From Rhodospirillales bacterium (lineage in GTDB: Bacteria > Pseudomonadota > Alphaproteobacteria > Rhodospirillales > JASLLV01): a stretch of DNA of 31,007 bases. Under the pieces are notes generated by a model. The model was not told where the DNA came from, made no database searches, and worked only from the letters and a program-made list of their open reading frames with translations. How positions within the stretch are numbered: position 1 is the first letter of the stretch; the number at the start of each line of letters is the position of its first letter. Of this stretch, positions 17,558-27,627 are shown one piece after another. The stretch is from NCBI GenBank assembly GCA_030754475.1, contig JASMAE010000047.1:1-31007 (forward strand), in the 5' to 3' direction. A program made the position numbers and the translations under genes.

Positions 17558-19156
17558 TCAAGACGAACGGTGCTCATCAGGGCCGGCTGGGACGGAACGC
17601 CCCTCCACCGATCGCCGATCGCGCCCCATGTCCCGAAGTTCGGCCCAGGTGGTCGCGCCGGTCAGCAGCGCAAGGCCGGCAAACGCGCAAAGACCACCCA
17701 CGACCAGGGCCGCCAGCGACAGGGCCTCGCTCAGGCGGTCCGCAGAGAGCGCGTCCGCGAGCAAGCGCTCGCCGGCCATGAGCAACGCCGTCATGGCGGC
17801 GGTCGCGACGGCGATTCGGGGGATTCGGCCCCGCAACCGCGAATCGGCGACGAAATGCCCGCGCCGCTTCAGGATCACGGCCAAAAGGCCCGCGTTGAGC
17901 CACGCCGAGATCGCCGTCGCCGCGGCGATCCCTATGTGCTTGAACGGCCCCATGAGGGCGAGGTTGAGCACCAGATTGACGGCCATAGCGAGCGCCGCCA
18001 CCTTGACCGGCGCCGCGGTGTCCTGGCGTGCGAAGAAGCCGGGCGCGAGAACCTTGACTATCACGAAGGCCGGGATTCCAGCGGCATAGACCGCTAGGGC
18101 GCCGGCGGTGGCGCGCGTGTCGGCGGTCGTGAACTCACCGTGTTCGAACAAGACGCCGATAACCGGTTCGGGGATGACCATCAGCGCCGCCGCGGCCGGG
18201 AGCGTGAGCAAGCAGCCGAACTCGAGCGCGCGGTTCTGGTTGTCGGCGGCGGCCGCCAATTCCCCCGCCTGGAGCTGGCGCGTGAGCAGCGGCAACAACG
18301 CGGTCCCGACGGCGACTCCGATCACGCCGAGCGGCAGTTGGGTCACGCGGTCGGCGAAAAAGAGGTACGCGATGGACCCGCTCGGAAGTAGCGAAGCGAT
18401 CAGGGTGTCGACGAGCAGGTTGATCTGATACACGCCCGCGCCGAGCGCCAGCGGGATCATGCGGCGCAAGAGCATGCGCGTGTCAGCGTCGAGCCGCGGC
18501 ACGATCAGGCGCAGCCGCACCCCGGCCCGGTCGCACCGCCACAGCAGCCAAAGGAACTGGACCGCGCCGGCGAGGGCCACCCCCCAGGCCAGCGCATGTG
18601 CCGGCGTCTCGGTGAAAGGCGCGAGCCCGACAACCGCGCCGATCAGGCAAAGATTCAGCAGAATCGGGGTCGCCGCCGCCGCCGCGAACCGGCCGAGCGA
18701 ATTGAGGATACCGCCCATCAACGAGACGAGCGAGATGAAGATCAGGTAGGGGAACGTGACTCGCGTCAAGCTGACGGTCAATTCGTGCTTTCCGGGCACC
18801 GCGGCGAAGCCGGGCGCGAACCCGTGAATCACAAACGGCATCGCGACTTCGACGACCGTCACCACGCCGAGAAGGCACCACAACAGAACGCCAAGCGCGT
18901 TTTCCGAGAATGCGCGGGCGGTGGGGGCGCCGTCGCGTTCCAGACGCGCCGCAAACAGCGGTACGAAGGCGGCGTTGAAGGCGCCTTCGGCGAACAGCCG
19001 ACGAAACAGATTGGGCAGCTTGAACGCGACGATCCACGCGTCCGCCCACAGGCCGGCGCCAAGGAGCGCGGCGACCACCACGTCGCGAACGAAACCGAGG
19101 ATCCGGCTGACCATCGTAAACGCGCCGATGGTGGCGATGGAACGGATCAGGACCAT
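17558..19156 (-). CDS. murJ: Lipid II flippase MurJ (MviN)
   Basis: SRILGFVRD, PNLFRRLFAEGAF, FADRVTQLPLGVIG, PGFFARQDTAAPV; many TM segments. Confidence 0.96.
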   Translation of the reverse strand: MVLIRSIATIGAFTMVSRILGFVRDVVVAALLGAGLWADAWIVAFKLPNLFRRLFAEGAFNAAFVPLFAARLERDGAPTARAFSENALGVLLWCLLGVVTVVEVAMPFVIHGFAPGFAAVPGKHELTVSLTRVTFPYLIFISLVSLMGGILNSLGRFAAAAATPILLNLCLIGAVVGLAPFTETPAHALAWGVALAGAVQFLWLLWRCDRAGVRLRLIVPRLDADTRMLLRRMIPLALGAGVYQINLLVDTLIASLLPSGSIAYLFFADRVTQLPLGVIGVAVGTALLPLLTRQLQAGELAAAADNQNRALEFGCLLTLPAAAALMVIPEPVIGVLFEHGEFTTADTRATAGALAVYAAGIPAFVIVKVLAPGFFARQDTAAPVKVAALAMAVNLVLNLALMGPFKHIGIAAATAISAWLNAGLLAVILKRRGHFVADSRLRGRIPRIAVATAAMTALLMAGERLLADALSADRLSEALSLAALVVGGLCAFAGLALLTGATTWAELRDMGRDRRSVEGRSVPAGPDEHRSS

Positions 19157-19182
19157 GGAATCGAACGGGCCTGCGCGGTTGC

Positions 19183-19209
19183 GGCCCGCGGCCGGAGCGG
19201 CCGCGGGTC
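19183..19209. other. GC-rich hairpin between glnD and murJ
   Basis: GGCCCGCGGCC-GGAGC-GGCCGCGGGTC: 11-bp stem with one G-T. No U tract on the coding-strand 3' side, so not a clear intrinsic terminator. Confidence 0.4.
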
Positions 19210-19222
19210 CGAAAATTCCCGG

Positions 19223-22003
19223 CTATTCGGCGGCAACGCGCTCGGCGCCAGACTCCGTCGGACCGGGACTGGCGATCGCCTGTAACAGGGTTTCGCGGAT
19301 AAGGTCCAGACGGTCCGCGCGCTCCACCTTCAGGCCAAACATGTCCTTGACGTAGAACACGTCGACCACGCGCTCTCCCCAGGTGGAGACGTGGGCGCTG
19401 GAGATCTGCAATCCCAGGCGCGTGATCGCGGACGTGACGTCGAACAGCAAGCCGATCCGGTCGCGACCGTTGACTTCGATGACCGTCGAATCGGCGCTAG
19501 CGATGTTGTCCGCCAAGACCCGCGGCGGCACCTTGAACACGCCGGTGCGGCCGGGCGCGATCCGGTGGCGCGCGATCTCGATCTCGCGGGCGGGATCGAT
19601 GCGGCCCGAAAGCGTGTCCTCGATCCGCGTCCAGACCTTCTTCAGGCGTTCGCCACCGGCGATCGCGCCGCCATCGGAACCTTGAATCCAGAACGTGTCC
19701 AGCGCCATTCCGTCGGTCAGTGTCGCGATCTTGGCGTCGACGATGGACGCGCCGGCGAGCGCCATTGCGCCCGCGATCTTGGCGAACAGGCCCGCATGAT
19801 CGGCGATGTAGATGACGACCTCGGTGACGGCGCGCGCGGACTCCACTCGGGTCTCGACGTGAAGCGGAAGCTTTCGCCGGTCGGCCTCGCGAACGAGCCT
19901 GGCGTGGTGTTCGTGCGAGTCCGCATCGAACGTCAGCCAGTAGCTGGGATATCCACGGGAGATGAACGCCTGCACTTCGTCCGGCGGCCACGCCGCGAGC
20001 CGCTGACGCAGCGCCTCCTGGGCCCTTTCGACGCGCGCGCCGCGGCGTTCCGCGGGCGCACCGCCGGTCATCTCCTCCATCGCCCGGAAGTAGACCTCGC
20101 GCAAAAGCGTCGCCTTCCAGGCGTTCCACACACCCGGTCCGACGGCGCGGATGTCGGCCACCGTGAGGATAAGCAGCAGGCGCAGGCGCTCCGGCGACTG
20201 CACGGTGGCGACGAAATCGGCCACCGTCTTGTCGTCCTCGATGTCGCGCTTGAACGCGGCGCGGCTCAGGATCAGATGATTGCGAACCAGCCACGAGGCG
20301 GTCTCGCACTCCCAGTCGGTCAGCCCCATGCGCCGGGCGGTTTTCAGCGCGATCCGCGCGCCAATGGCGGAATGATCACCGCCCCGGCCCTTCGCCACAT
20401 CGTGCAGGAGGAGGGCGAGGTAGAGGGTTCGCCTCGACTGCAGCTCGTGGATCGCGTCGCTGGCGACCGGGTGGTCATCCTTGAGCTCGCCCGTTTCGAT
20501 CCGATGCATGATCCCGATGGCGCGGATGGTGTGCTCGTCGACCGTGTAGACGTGGTACATGTCGTATTGCATCTGCGCGACCACGCGTCCGAAATCCGGC
20601 AGGAACCGGCCAAAGACGCCGGCCTCGTTCAACCTCTTGAGCGCGGTTTCGGGGTCCTTGTCAGACGTCAATATCTCCATGAACAGCCGGTTCGCTTCGT
20701 CGTCGGCGCGCAACGCTTTGTCGATGAGGTGCAGGTTCAGGCTGACGAGGCGGAGCGCCCGCGGGTGGATATCGAGCGAATGGCGTTGCGCTTCGTGGAA
20801 CAGCCGGATGAGTTTGACCGGGTCCTTGGCGAAGGCGTCGGCCGCGGTGACATTCAGCCGGTCGGTGTCGACCGCGAATCCCTCGATTTTGGGTTGGCTT
20901 CGGAAGAGCGCGGGAAGGCGCAAGCGTCGCGTCCGCTTCTTGTGCTGTTCCTCAAGCACCGCACAGACGATTCTCGTCAGATCGCCCACGTCTTTCGCGG
21001 TCAGGAAATAGTGCTTCATGAACCGCTCCACGCCGCGCGCGCCGGCGTGGTCCGTGTAGCCCATCCGTTCGCCGATAGGTGTCTGGACGTCGAACGTCAG
21101 GCGTTCCTCTGCCCGCCCGGCGAGGTAGTGAAGGTGACAGCGCACCGTCCACAGGAAGTTTTCGGCTTTGGCGAAACGCCGGACGTCGGCGGCGGTGAGA
21201 ACGCCGTGCGCGACGAGACCGGCGGCTGAGTCCACCTGATAGAGGTATCTGCCGATCCAAAAAAGCGTGTGCAGGTCGCGCAGGCCCCCCTTGCCCTCTT
21301 TGACGTTCGGCTCCAGCACGTAGCGCGTGTCGCCGGTGCGCGCGTGGCGCTGGTCGCGTTCCGCGAGCTTCGCCTCGACAAAGTCGGCGCCGGTTCCCTC
21401 GATGATTTCGCTCGCGAAACGTTCGCGAAACCGATCGAACAGTTCGGCATCCCCGCACAGCCGCCTCGATTCCAGGAGACTGGTGCGCACGGACACGTCG
21501 TCCCGCGCCCACTTGATGGCGTCGTCGACCGAGCGCGTGGCATGCCCCACCTTCAGACCCAGATCCCAAAGGGTGTAAAGCATGAATTCGATCACCTGCT
21601 CACCGCGCGGCGTCTGCCGGTAGGGAAGCAGAAACATCAGATCGACGTCCGAAAATGGCGCGAGCTCGCCGCGCCCGAAACCGCCCACCGCGGCAAGTGA
21701 GAGCTGTTCGCCTTTCGTCGGATTGAAGAGCGGATAGACGTGCTCGATCACGAATTCGAACAACGCCACGACCAGCACGTCGAGCGCCAGGGCGTTTGCG
21801 CGAACGACCGCGGAGCCGGGCATGGCGGCGTGCTCGAAGCGATCACGAATCTCGGTCCGAGAGCGGGCGAGCGCGCACTTGAGAAACGCCAGCGTCTCGC
21901 GCCGTGAGCGCGACGCATCGCGCGCCGATCCGGCGCGCTCGCGCAACTCGGCCGCGATCGCCTCGCGATCGACGATGCCCTCGAAATCGGATCCGTGGTT
22001 CAT
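19223..22003 (-). CDS. glnD: [Protein-PII] uridylyltransferase/uridylyl-removing enzyme
   Basis: AVGGFGRGELAPFSDVDL (NTase), EPNVKEGKGGLRDL, HVYTVDEH and HDVAKGRGGDHS (HD domain), two C-terminal ACT domains. Confidence 0.98.
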   Translation of the reverse strand: MNHGSDFEGIVDREAIAAELRERAGSARDASRSRRETLAFLKCALARSRTEIRDRFEHAAMPGSAVVRANALALDVLVVALFEFVIEHVYPLFNPTKGEQLSLAAVGGFGRGELAPFSDVDLMFLLPYRQTPRGEQVIEFMLYTLWDLGLKVGHATRSVDDAIKWARDDVSVRTSLLESRRLCGDAELFDRFRERFASEIIEGTGADFVEAKLAERDQRHARTGDTRYVLEPNVKEGKGGLRDLHTLFWIGRYLYQVDSAAGLVAHGVLTAADVRRFAKAENFLWTVRCHLHYLAGRAEERLTFDVQTPIGERMGYTDHAGARGVERFMKHYFLTAKDVGDLTRIVCAVLEEQHKKRTRRLRLPALFRSQPKIEGFAVDTDRLNVTAADAFAKDPVKLIRLFHEAQRHSLDIHPRALRLVSLNLHLIDKALRADDEANRLFMEILTSDKDPETALKRLNEAGVFGRFLPDFGRVVAQMQYDMYHVYTVDEHTIRAIGIMHRIETGELKDDHPVASDAIHELQSRRTLYLALLLHDVAKGRGGDHSAIGARIALKTARRMGLTDWECETASWLVRNHLILSRAAFKRDIEDDKTVADFVATVQSPERLRLLLILTVADIRAVGPGVWNAWKATLLREVYFRAMEEMTGGAPAERRGARVERAQEALRQRLAAWPPDEVQAFISRGYPSYWLTFDADSHEHHARLVREADRRKLPLHVETRVESARAVTEVVIYIADHAGLFAKIAGAMALAGASIVDAKIATLTDGMALDTFWIQGSDGGAIAGGERLKKVWTRIEDTLSGRIDPAREIEIARHRIAPGRTGVFKVPPRVLADNIASADSTVIEVNGRDRIGLLFDVTSAITRLGLQISSAHVSTWGERVVDVFYVKDMFGLKVERADRLDLIRETLLQAIASPGPTESGAERVAAE

Positions 22004-22029
22004 CTCAGGCGCCCGCGCATTCCGGTTCC

Positions 22030-22058
22030 ACTATAAGGGGCCACGCGTTCGCCCGCAA
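22030..22058 (-). promoter_or_regulatory. Candidate sigma70 promoter of glnD
   Basis: TTGCGG (22058-22053), 17 nt, TATAGT (22035-22030), in the 66-nt mutS-glnD gap. Confidence 0.5.
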
Positions 22059-22069
22059 AGCGCCGGACC

Positions 22070-24805
22070 TCAATACTCCTCGCCTGCGAGCGCCGCTTTC
22101 AGACGATAGATCAACTCGAGCGCGTCCCGCGGCGTCAGCGCGTCGGCGTTCGCGCTCGCCAGCATCTCTTCGACGAGCGACGGTTGCGCCTCGACCGTTT
22201 CCGCGCCGGCGGCCGCGAACAGGGGCAGATCGTCGGCGAGCCGCGTCAGCGCGGACGATTGCTCGCCCGCCTCGAGGGTGGCCAGCACACTCTCGGCCCG
22301 CGCCGTCACCGCCGGAGGCAAACCGGCGAGCCGGGCTACGTGAATTCCGTACGAGCGGTCGGCGGCGCCGGGCGCGACTTCGTGGAGGAAGACCACCTCG
22401 CCCCGCCACTCCTTGACCCGCATGGTGTGGCACGCCAGCGCCGCCAAGCGTGAACTCAGCGACGTGAGCTCGTGGTAATGGGTGGCGAAGAGGACCCGCG
22501 AACGGTTGACCTCGTGCAGATGCTCCACCACCGCCCAGGCGATGGAAAGGCCGTCGAAGGTCGCCGTCCCGCGGCCGATCTCGTCCAGGATTACCAGCGA
22601 TCGCGGCCCGGCCTGGTTCAGGATAGCGGCCGTCTCGACCATCTCCACCATGAAGGTAGAACGGCCGCGGGCGAGGTCGTCGGCCGCGCCGACCCGCGAA
22701 AACAGGCGATCGACGAGGCCGATCCGCGCCGCGCTGGCGGGAATGAACGATCCCATCTGGGCCATCACCGCGATTAGGGCGTTCTGGCGCAAGAACGTGC
22801 TCTTGCCGGCCATGTTGGGTCCGGTAAGCAGCCACAGCCGGCTTCCGGCGCCCGATCCGTCCCCGGCGGAGCCGTCGGCGAGCCCGCAATCGTTGGCGAC
22901 GAAGGCGCCGCGGCCGTCGGCGGCCAGCGCCGCCTCCACCACGGGATGGCGGCCGGCCGTGATTTCGAAACCGACGCCGTCATCGAGGACCGGCCGGCGG
23001 TAGTCCCTTTCGGCGGCGAGCTGGGCCAACGCCGCCGCCACGTCGAGCGCGGCCATCGCCGCGGCCGTCCGCGCCAAGGGCTCGGCGCGCGCCGTCACTG
23101 CGCGCGTCAAGGTCTCGAACAGTTCGATCTCGAGGATCACGGCCTGCTCGCCGGCGCGGGCGATGCGCGATTCGAGCTCGGCGAGCTCGACCGTGGAATA
23201 GCGCACCGCGCTCGCCAGCGTCTGGCGGTGGCGGAATACGGATTCCGCCCCGCCCGGCATCCGTTCCGATTGCCGGGCGGGGACTTCAACGAAATAGCCA
23301 AGCACGTTGTTGTGGCGAATCTTGAGAGTCGAGATACCGATTTCGTCCGCGTAGCGGCGCTCGAGGCCGGCGACCAGACGCCGCCCTTCGTCGCGAAGCG
23401 TGCGCAGTTCGTCCAGCGGCGGCGCGAATTCCTTGGCGATGAAACCGCCGTCTTTCGTGCTCGGTGGCAATTCGGGCGCAAGCGCCAGGCGCAGCCGGTC
23501 GATCAGCTCGCCATGACCAACGAGCGCCGCGAGCGCCGCAGCGACCCCTGAGGGCGGCGGTGTCAGCCCATCGCGATCGAGCGCACGCCCGATCTCGGCG
23601 GCAACGTCGAGCCCGTCGCGGATGGCGGCGAGGTCGCGTGGGCCGCCCCGTCCGACGCTCAGGCGAGACAGTGCGCGCTCTACGTCGGCCGTGCCGCGAA
23701 GCAATCGGCGCAGCGCGTCGCGCGCAGAGACGTCGTCGACGAAAAACTGCACCATGTCGAGCCGGCGCTCGATCTCATCCAAATCCCTCAACGGCGACGC
23801 CATGTGCGCGGCGAGAAGGCGCGCGCCGGCGCCCGTAAGGGTGCGGTCGATGACGTCGAGAAGGCTCCCGCGCCGCCCGCCCGCGAAGGTCTCGGTGAGC
23901 TCGAGGTTGCGTCGGGTCGCAGCGTCGATCTCCATGACCGAGTCGGGGCCCAGGCGCCTGGGCGCGGCGATGTGTGGCAGGCGCCCCTTCTGTGTCAGAT
24001 CCACGTAGTCGATGAGGGCACCGCCCGCGGCCGTCTCGGCCCGCGAAAAAGCGCCGAATCCATCCAATGTGTCGACCGCGAACAGGGTTTCGAGTCGCCT
24101 TCGGCCGTTGTCGCTGTCGAAGCGGCTCGCCGGCAGTGGGCTCAGGCGTTCGCCGAACGCATCCCGGACGCCACCCATCGACGGTCGCGCGAGCAAGGGC
24201 TCGGAAATCAGCACCTCGCCCGGCCCCACGCGCGCAAGCGCCGCGTCCACGGCTCCGGCCGTCGTCGCCTGCATGAAGAAATCGCCCGTCGAGACGTCGA
24301 TCCAGGCGAGGCCGAGGGTGTCTTGCGCTTCCGCGATGGCCGCGAGGAAGTTGTTCCGCCGCGCCTCGAGCAGCGTGTCCTCGGTCAGCGTTCCGGGGGT
24401 GATGACACGCACCACCTCGCGCCGGACCACGGATTTCGAGCCGCGCTTGCGGGCCTCGGCCGGATCCTCGGTCTGCTCGCACACGGCGACCTTGAATCCC
24501 TTGCGGATCAGTCGCGAGAGATAGGTTTCGTGACTGTGGACCGGCACCCCGCACATGGGAATGTCCCGGCCCAAGTGCTTGCCGCGTTTGGTCAACGTGA
24601 TGTCGAGCGCCGCGGCGGCCTCGACGGCGTCGTCGAAGAAAAGCTCGTAGAAGTCGCCCATTCGGTAGAACAGTAGGCCGTCGGGGTGCTCGCGCTTGAC
24701 CGCGAGATACTGGACCATCATCCGCGTGACGGTGCCGCCGTCCGCCGCCCCGGCCGGCGCGTCGGGTTCGCTGGTCGGGTCGGGCTCGAGACTGGATCGG
24801 GTCAA
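22070..24805 (-). CDS. mutS: DNA mismatch repair protein MutS
   Basis: [69 protein letters not shown]. Start uncertain (TTG 24805 or ATG 24721); the 25039 start is an overlap artefact. Confidence 0.97.
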   Translation of the reverse strand: MTRSSLEPDPTSEPDAPAGAADGGTVTRMMVQYLAVKREHPDGLLFYRMGDFYELFFDDAVEAAAALDITLTKRGKHLGRDIPMCGVPVHSHETYLSRLIRKGFKVAVCEQTEDPAEARKRGSKSVVRREVVRVITPGTLTEDTLLEARRNNFLAAIAEAQDTLGLAWIDVSTGDFFMQATTAGAVDAALARVGPGEVLISEPLLARPSMGGVRDAFGERLSPLPASRFDSDNGRRRLETLFAVDTLDGFGAFSRAETAAGGALIDYVDLTQKGRLPHIAAPRRLGPDSVMEIDAATRRNLELTETFAGGRRGSLLDVIDRTLTGAGARLLAAHMASPLRDLDEIERRLDMVQFFVDDVSARDALRRLLRGTADVERALSRLSVGRGGPRDLAAIRDGLDVAAEIGRALDRDGLTPPPSGVAAALAALVGHGELIDRLRLALAPELPPSTKDGGFIAKEFAPPLDELRTLRDEGRRLVAGLERRYADEIGISTLKIRHNNVLGYFVEVPARQSERMPGGAESVFRHRQTLASAVRYSTVELAELESRIARAGEQAVILEIELFETLTRAVTARAEPLARTAAAMAALDVAAALAQLAAERDYRRPVLDDGVGFEITAGRHPVVEAALAADGRGAFVANDCGLADGSAGDGSGAGSRLWLLTGPNMAGKSTFLRQNALIAVMAQMGSFIPASAARIGLVDRLFSRVGAADDLARGRSTFMVEMVETAAILNQAGPRSLVILDEIGRGTATFDGLSIAWAVVEHLHEVNRSRVLFATHYHELTSLSSRLAALACHTMRVKEWRGEVVFLHEVAPGAADRSYGIHVARLAGLPPAVTARAESVLATLEAGEQSSALTRLADDLPLFAAAGAETVEAQPSLVEEMLASANADALTPRDALELIYRLKAALAGEEY

Positions 24806-24876
24806 GGTCCGAATGGCAATCGGGGGATGGGTGTCCGGTGCAACCTTACCACAACCGCACCCGGGTGCCGGACGGG

Positions 24877-25806
24877 CTATTTCGCGCCGTGGATGGCGAT
24901 GCGCGCGAGGATGTAGTCGCCGCCCCGGTTGACCACCGAAAAGCCGTCGAAGGGGTCGCGAAAGGTGCGATCGACGGTCTTGATCCGAGCGTCGCCATCG
25001 ACGGAGACGGTCATGTTGCCGAAGGCGTCCCGGGTCCATTCGATCAGGTGGGTCCGCTTGTCCTCGAGCGCCGGCGGCGAAGGATCGGCGTCGATGACTC
25101 CGGTGCCGCGCGCGGACGCCTTGAGCAACTCAAGCGCGCCAGCGTCACCGGGCCGGTAAGCAAACCGGTAACCGGCCGCGCTATCGGCGCCCTGGTACAG
25201 GCCGAATTCGAGCTGGCCGTGCTTCTCCCACGACGTGAACTCGATCCGGACGGCGAAGGCATTGGTGATGGAAACGGGGACATGAATGGCGGCAAGCGCG
25301 GGGGCGTCGGGCTGTCCCGCCGCTTGGCTTTTGGATTCTTGGCCCAACGCTTGATCGAGGATCGAGCCGAGGATCGTGGTGGCGAGGTCCTTGCCGCCCG
25401 CGCCCTGCGCGGCTCGTGGAGAGGACGGCGCGGGCGCCGCAACCACGCTTCTCAGTCCGTAGCCGGGCTCGATGAAATAGCGGCCCTGGGTCACGGTCCA
25501 CGCTGGGTCGGCGGTGAAATCCCCGTCGCCGAAATCGTCGACCAACAGCTCGGCGCGCCAGGGCCAATCGTAGCGGCGCGCCAGATCGCGAAGGTCGCGC
25601 AGGAAAACCGGATCGGCGGCGCGCGCGTTCTCGGCCTCGCCAATCAAACGGTTGAGCTCGTCCACCATCTCCTGGACGGAATTGCTCACACCCTCGGTGC
25701 GGTCCGTATCGCCCCAGCTACCGTACCGCTCCTCGGCGCCTGCGGGCGCGAAGCCGATCGCGAGGCCGAACATCAAGCCTACCACCCAACTCGTCGTGCT
25801 CTTCAT
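24877..25806 (-). CDS. Secreted hypothetical protein, probable ConA/LamG-like beta-sandwich
   Basis: ATG 25806; signal peptide [24 protein letters not shown]; helical N-terminal block, then [19 protein letters not shown] and a beta-rich C-terminus ([19 protein letters not shown] ... [20 protein letters not shown]). The fold call is inference. Confidence 0.75.
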   Translation of the reverse strand: MKSTTSWVVGLMFGLAIGFAPAGAEERYGSWGDTDRTEGVSNSVQEMVDELNRLIGEAENARAADPVFLRDLRDLARRYDWPWRAELLVDDFGDGDFTADPAWTVTQGRYFIEPGYGLRSVVAAPAPSSPRAAQGAGGKDLATTILGSILDQALGQESKSQAAGQPDAPALAAIHVPVSITNAFAVRIEFTSWEKHGQLEFGLYQGADSAAGYRFAYRPGDAGALELLKASARGTGVIDADPSPPALEDKRTHLIEWTRDAFGNMTVSVDGDARIKTVDRTFRDPFDGFSVVNRGGDYILARIAIHGAK

Positions 25807-25837
25807 GCCAAGGTTCCCATGACGCTTCGATTCCGGC

Positions 25838-26362
25838 TCATGGCAGTGCGTTCGCCTGGGCGAGCGCGCTACGGTGGCGGTCCGCCGATTCCGCGCCGAA
25901 ACAACTAAAGACGACGGAATCGAGCGGCGCGTCGTGCGCGATGACGTCGGCCACCGTACGCACCGCGAAGCGCGCCGCCCGATCAGCCGGAAACCCATAG
26001 GCGCCCGTGCTGATGGCCGGAAAGGCGACGCTCATGACACCGTTTTCGGCGACGACTTCGAGCGAGCGGCGGTAGCAGCTCGCGAGAAGCGCGTCCTCGC
26101 CCGCGTTCCCGCCGTGCCGCACCGGCCTGACGGTGTGGATCACGTGCTTGGCGGCGAGCCGGTATCCCTTCGTGATCTTGGCCTCCCACGTCTCGCAGCC
26201 GCCGATGCCGCGGCATTCCGCGAGAAGCTCGGGCCCGGCCGCGTGGTGGATGGCGCCATCGACGCCGCCTCCGCCGAGCAGCGATTCGTTGGCGGCATTG
26301 ACGATCGCGTCCAAGGCGAGCGTCTTGATGTCGCCTTCGACCATCGAAATTCGATCCGCCAT
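25838..26362 (-). CDS. MacroD/YmdB-type macrodomain (O-acetyl-ADP-ribose deacetylase / ADP-ribosyl hydrolase family)
   Basis: EGDIKTL, DAIVNAANESLLGGGGVDGAIH, VIHTV, LASCYRRSL, AFPAISTGAYGFP. ATG 26362 has a GGAG RBS. Confidence 0.93.
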   Translation of the reverse strand: MADRISMVEGDIKTLALDAIVNAANESLLGGGGVDGAIHHAAGPELLAECRGIGGCETWEAKITKGYRLAAKHVIHTVRPVRHGGNAGEDALLASCYRRSLEVVAENGVMSVAFPAISTGAYGFPADRAARFAVRTVADVIAHDAPLDSVVFSCFGAESADRHRSALAQANALP

Positions 26363-26433
26363 GCCGGGACTCCGTCCGCTCTCGCGCCGGATCGATTGTA
26401 ATCTTCGCCGCCCGGAAAGGCTCGCGCGAATCG

Positions 26434-26484
26434 CCTCGCTTCTCACGGCTCGTTCCCTCGCTTCTCGAGGCTCGTTCCCTCGCT
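26434..26484 (+). repeat. 22-bp tandem direct repeat (2.3 units)
   Basis: CCTCGCTTCTCACGGCTCGTTC / CCTCGCTTCTCGAGGCTCGTTC / CCTCGCT; two mismatches between the full units. Confidence 0.85.
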
Positions 26485-26538
26485 GGGACGTGCTCAGCTA
26501 TGCTGGCCGGCGTCGCCCATGCGCTTCGGACTTCGCCC

Positions 26539-27564
26539 ATGACCGCCGCCCCGCAAAGAACCTCGCGCGTATTGATCTACGTCGGCCTCGATCGCATCGG
26601 CGACGGCCTCTTGAAGCTCCCGTTCGTCCGCGGGCTCAGGACGGCGTTTCCGAACGCGCACTTGACCTGGCTCGCGGGCAAGGAGACCAGCGTTTACGCG
26701 AACCTCTTGGCGCCCCTGGTCGCCGGCCTCCTCGACGAGGTCATCGAAAACGCCGGCATCGGCCGGACCCCGTGGGAGGTTCTGCGCCGGCCCCTGGCCG
26801 GACGCCGGTTCGAGATCATCATCGACACCCAGCGGATCGTCTGGACGACGCTTTCACTGTGGCGGGTTTCGCACGAGAGTTTCATCTCGCCCGCCGCGCG
26901 TTTCGCCCTTTCGTCGCTGAAGCCCCCCAAGGGCTACCGGTCGCCCCCAAACATGCAGCGCCAGATGCTCGATCTCCTGGAAATCGCGAGCGGCAAAAGG
27001 TTCGAGACCCCGGCCCGGCTCGATCTCGAGATCGACGCGGACGTGCGCGCGCTTGCCCGGCGACTGCTCCCCGAGGGGTCGGCCTACGTCGGGATCGCGC
27101 CCGGCTCGGGGGGCCTGCCCAAGTGCTGGCCGCTGGAGCGTTTCATCGAGCTTGCCCGCATCCAGGAAGCGCGCGGGCGCACACCGGCGTTTTTCTTGGG
27201 GCCGAAAGAGAGCGCGTGGGTTCCGCCGCTCACCGAAGCGCTTCCGAACGCCGCGTTTCCACTGCAGGCCGACGAAGGCGCCGAACGCCACGGCTTTTCG
27301 CCGCTGCTCACCATCGCCCTGGCTGGGCACTTGGCGGCGGCGTTGGCCAACGATTCCGGAACCGCGCACATGTTCGCGATCGGGGCGGCGCCCCTGATCG
27401 CGCTCTACGGCACGACCGTCCCTGAGAAGTTCATGCCCATGACCGACCGGCTGACCGTCATCCGCGCCGCCGACTTCGGCGGCAGCCAAATGCGCGACAT
27501 TCCCTTGGACGCGGTGGTTCGGGCGGTCGACGCAGCGATCGGCGACGAGACCGTTATCGGGTGA
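26539..27564 (+). CDS. Glycosyltransferase family 9 (heptosyltransferase-like)
   Basis: VLIYVGLDRIGDGLLKLPFVRGLRTAFPNAHLTWL, GIAPGSGGLPKCWPLERF, ANDSGTAH, IALYG. Start moved to ATG 26539. Confidence 0.9.
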   Translation: MTAAPQRTSRVLIYVGLDRIGDGLLKLPFVRGLRTAFPNAHLTWLAGKETSVYANLLAPLVAGLLDEVIENAGIGRTPWEVLRRPLAGRRFEIIIDTQRIVWTTLSLWRVSHESFISPAARFALSSLKPPKGYRSPPNMQRQMLDLLEIASGKRFETPARLDLEIDADVRALARRLLPEGSAYVGIAPGSGGLPKCWPLERFIELARIQEARGRTPAFFLGPKESAWVPPLTEALPNAAFPLQADEGAERHGFSPLLTIALAGHLAAALANDSGTAHMFAIGAAPLIALYGTTVPEKFMPMTDRLTVIRAADFGGSQMRDIPLDAVVRAVDAAIGDETVIG

Positions 27565-27603
27565 GGCGGATTACGCGCGAGCCCTGTGAAACCGCGCCCG
27601 GTG

Positions 27604-27627
27604 CCGGATTGGAACCCGGATTGGAAC
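27604..27627 (+). repeat. Perfect 12-bp tandem duplication (CCGGATTGGAAC x2)
   Basis: 27604-27615 and 27616-27627; overlaps the left end of repeat copy B. Confidence 0.85.

Noticed and set aside
24806-25039. N-terminal extension of MutS in the 989-aa ORF call
   Set aside because: Overlaps the 3' end of the secreted hypothetical gene, is low-complexity and Arg-rich, and lies upstream of the normal MutS N-terminus.
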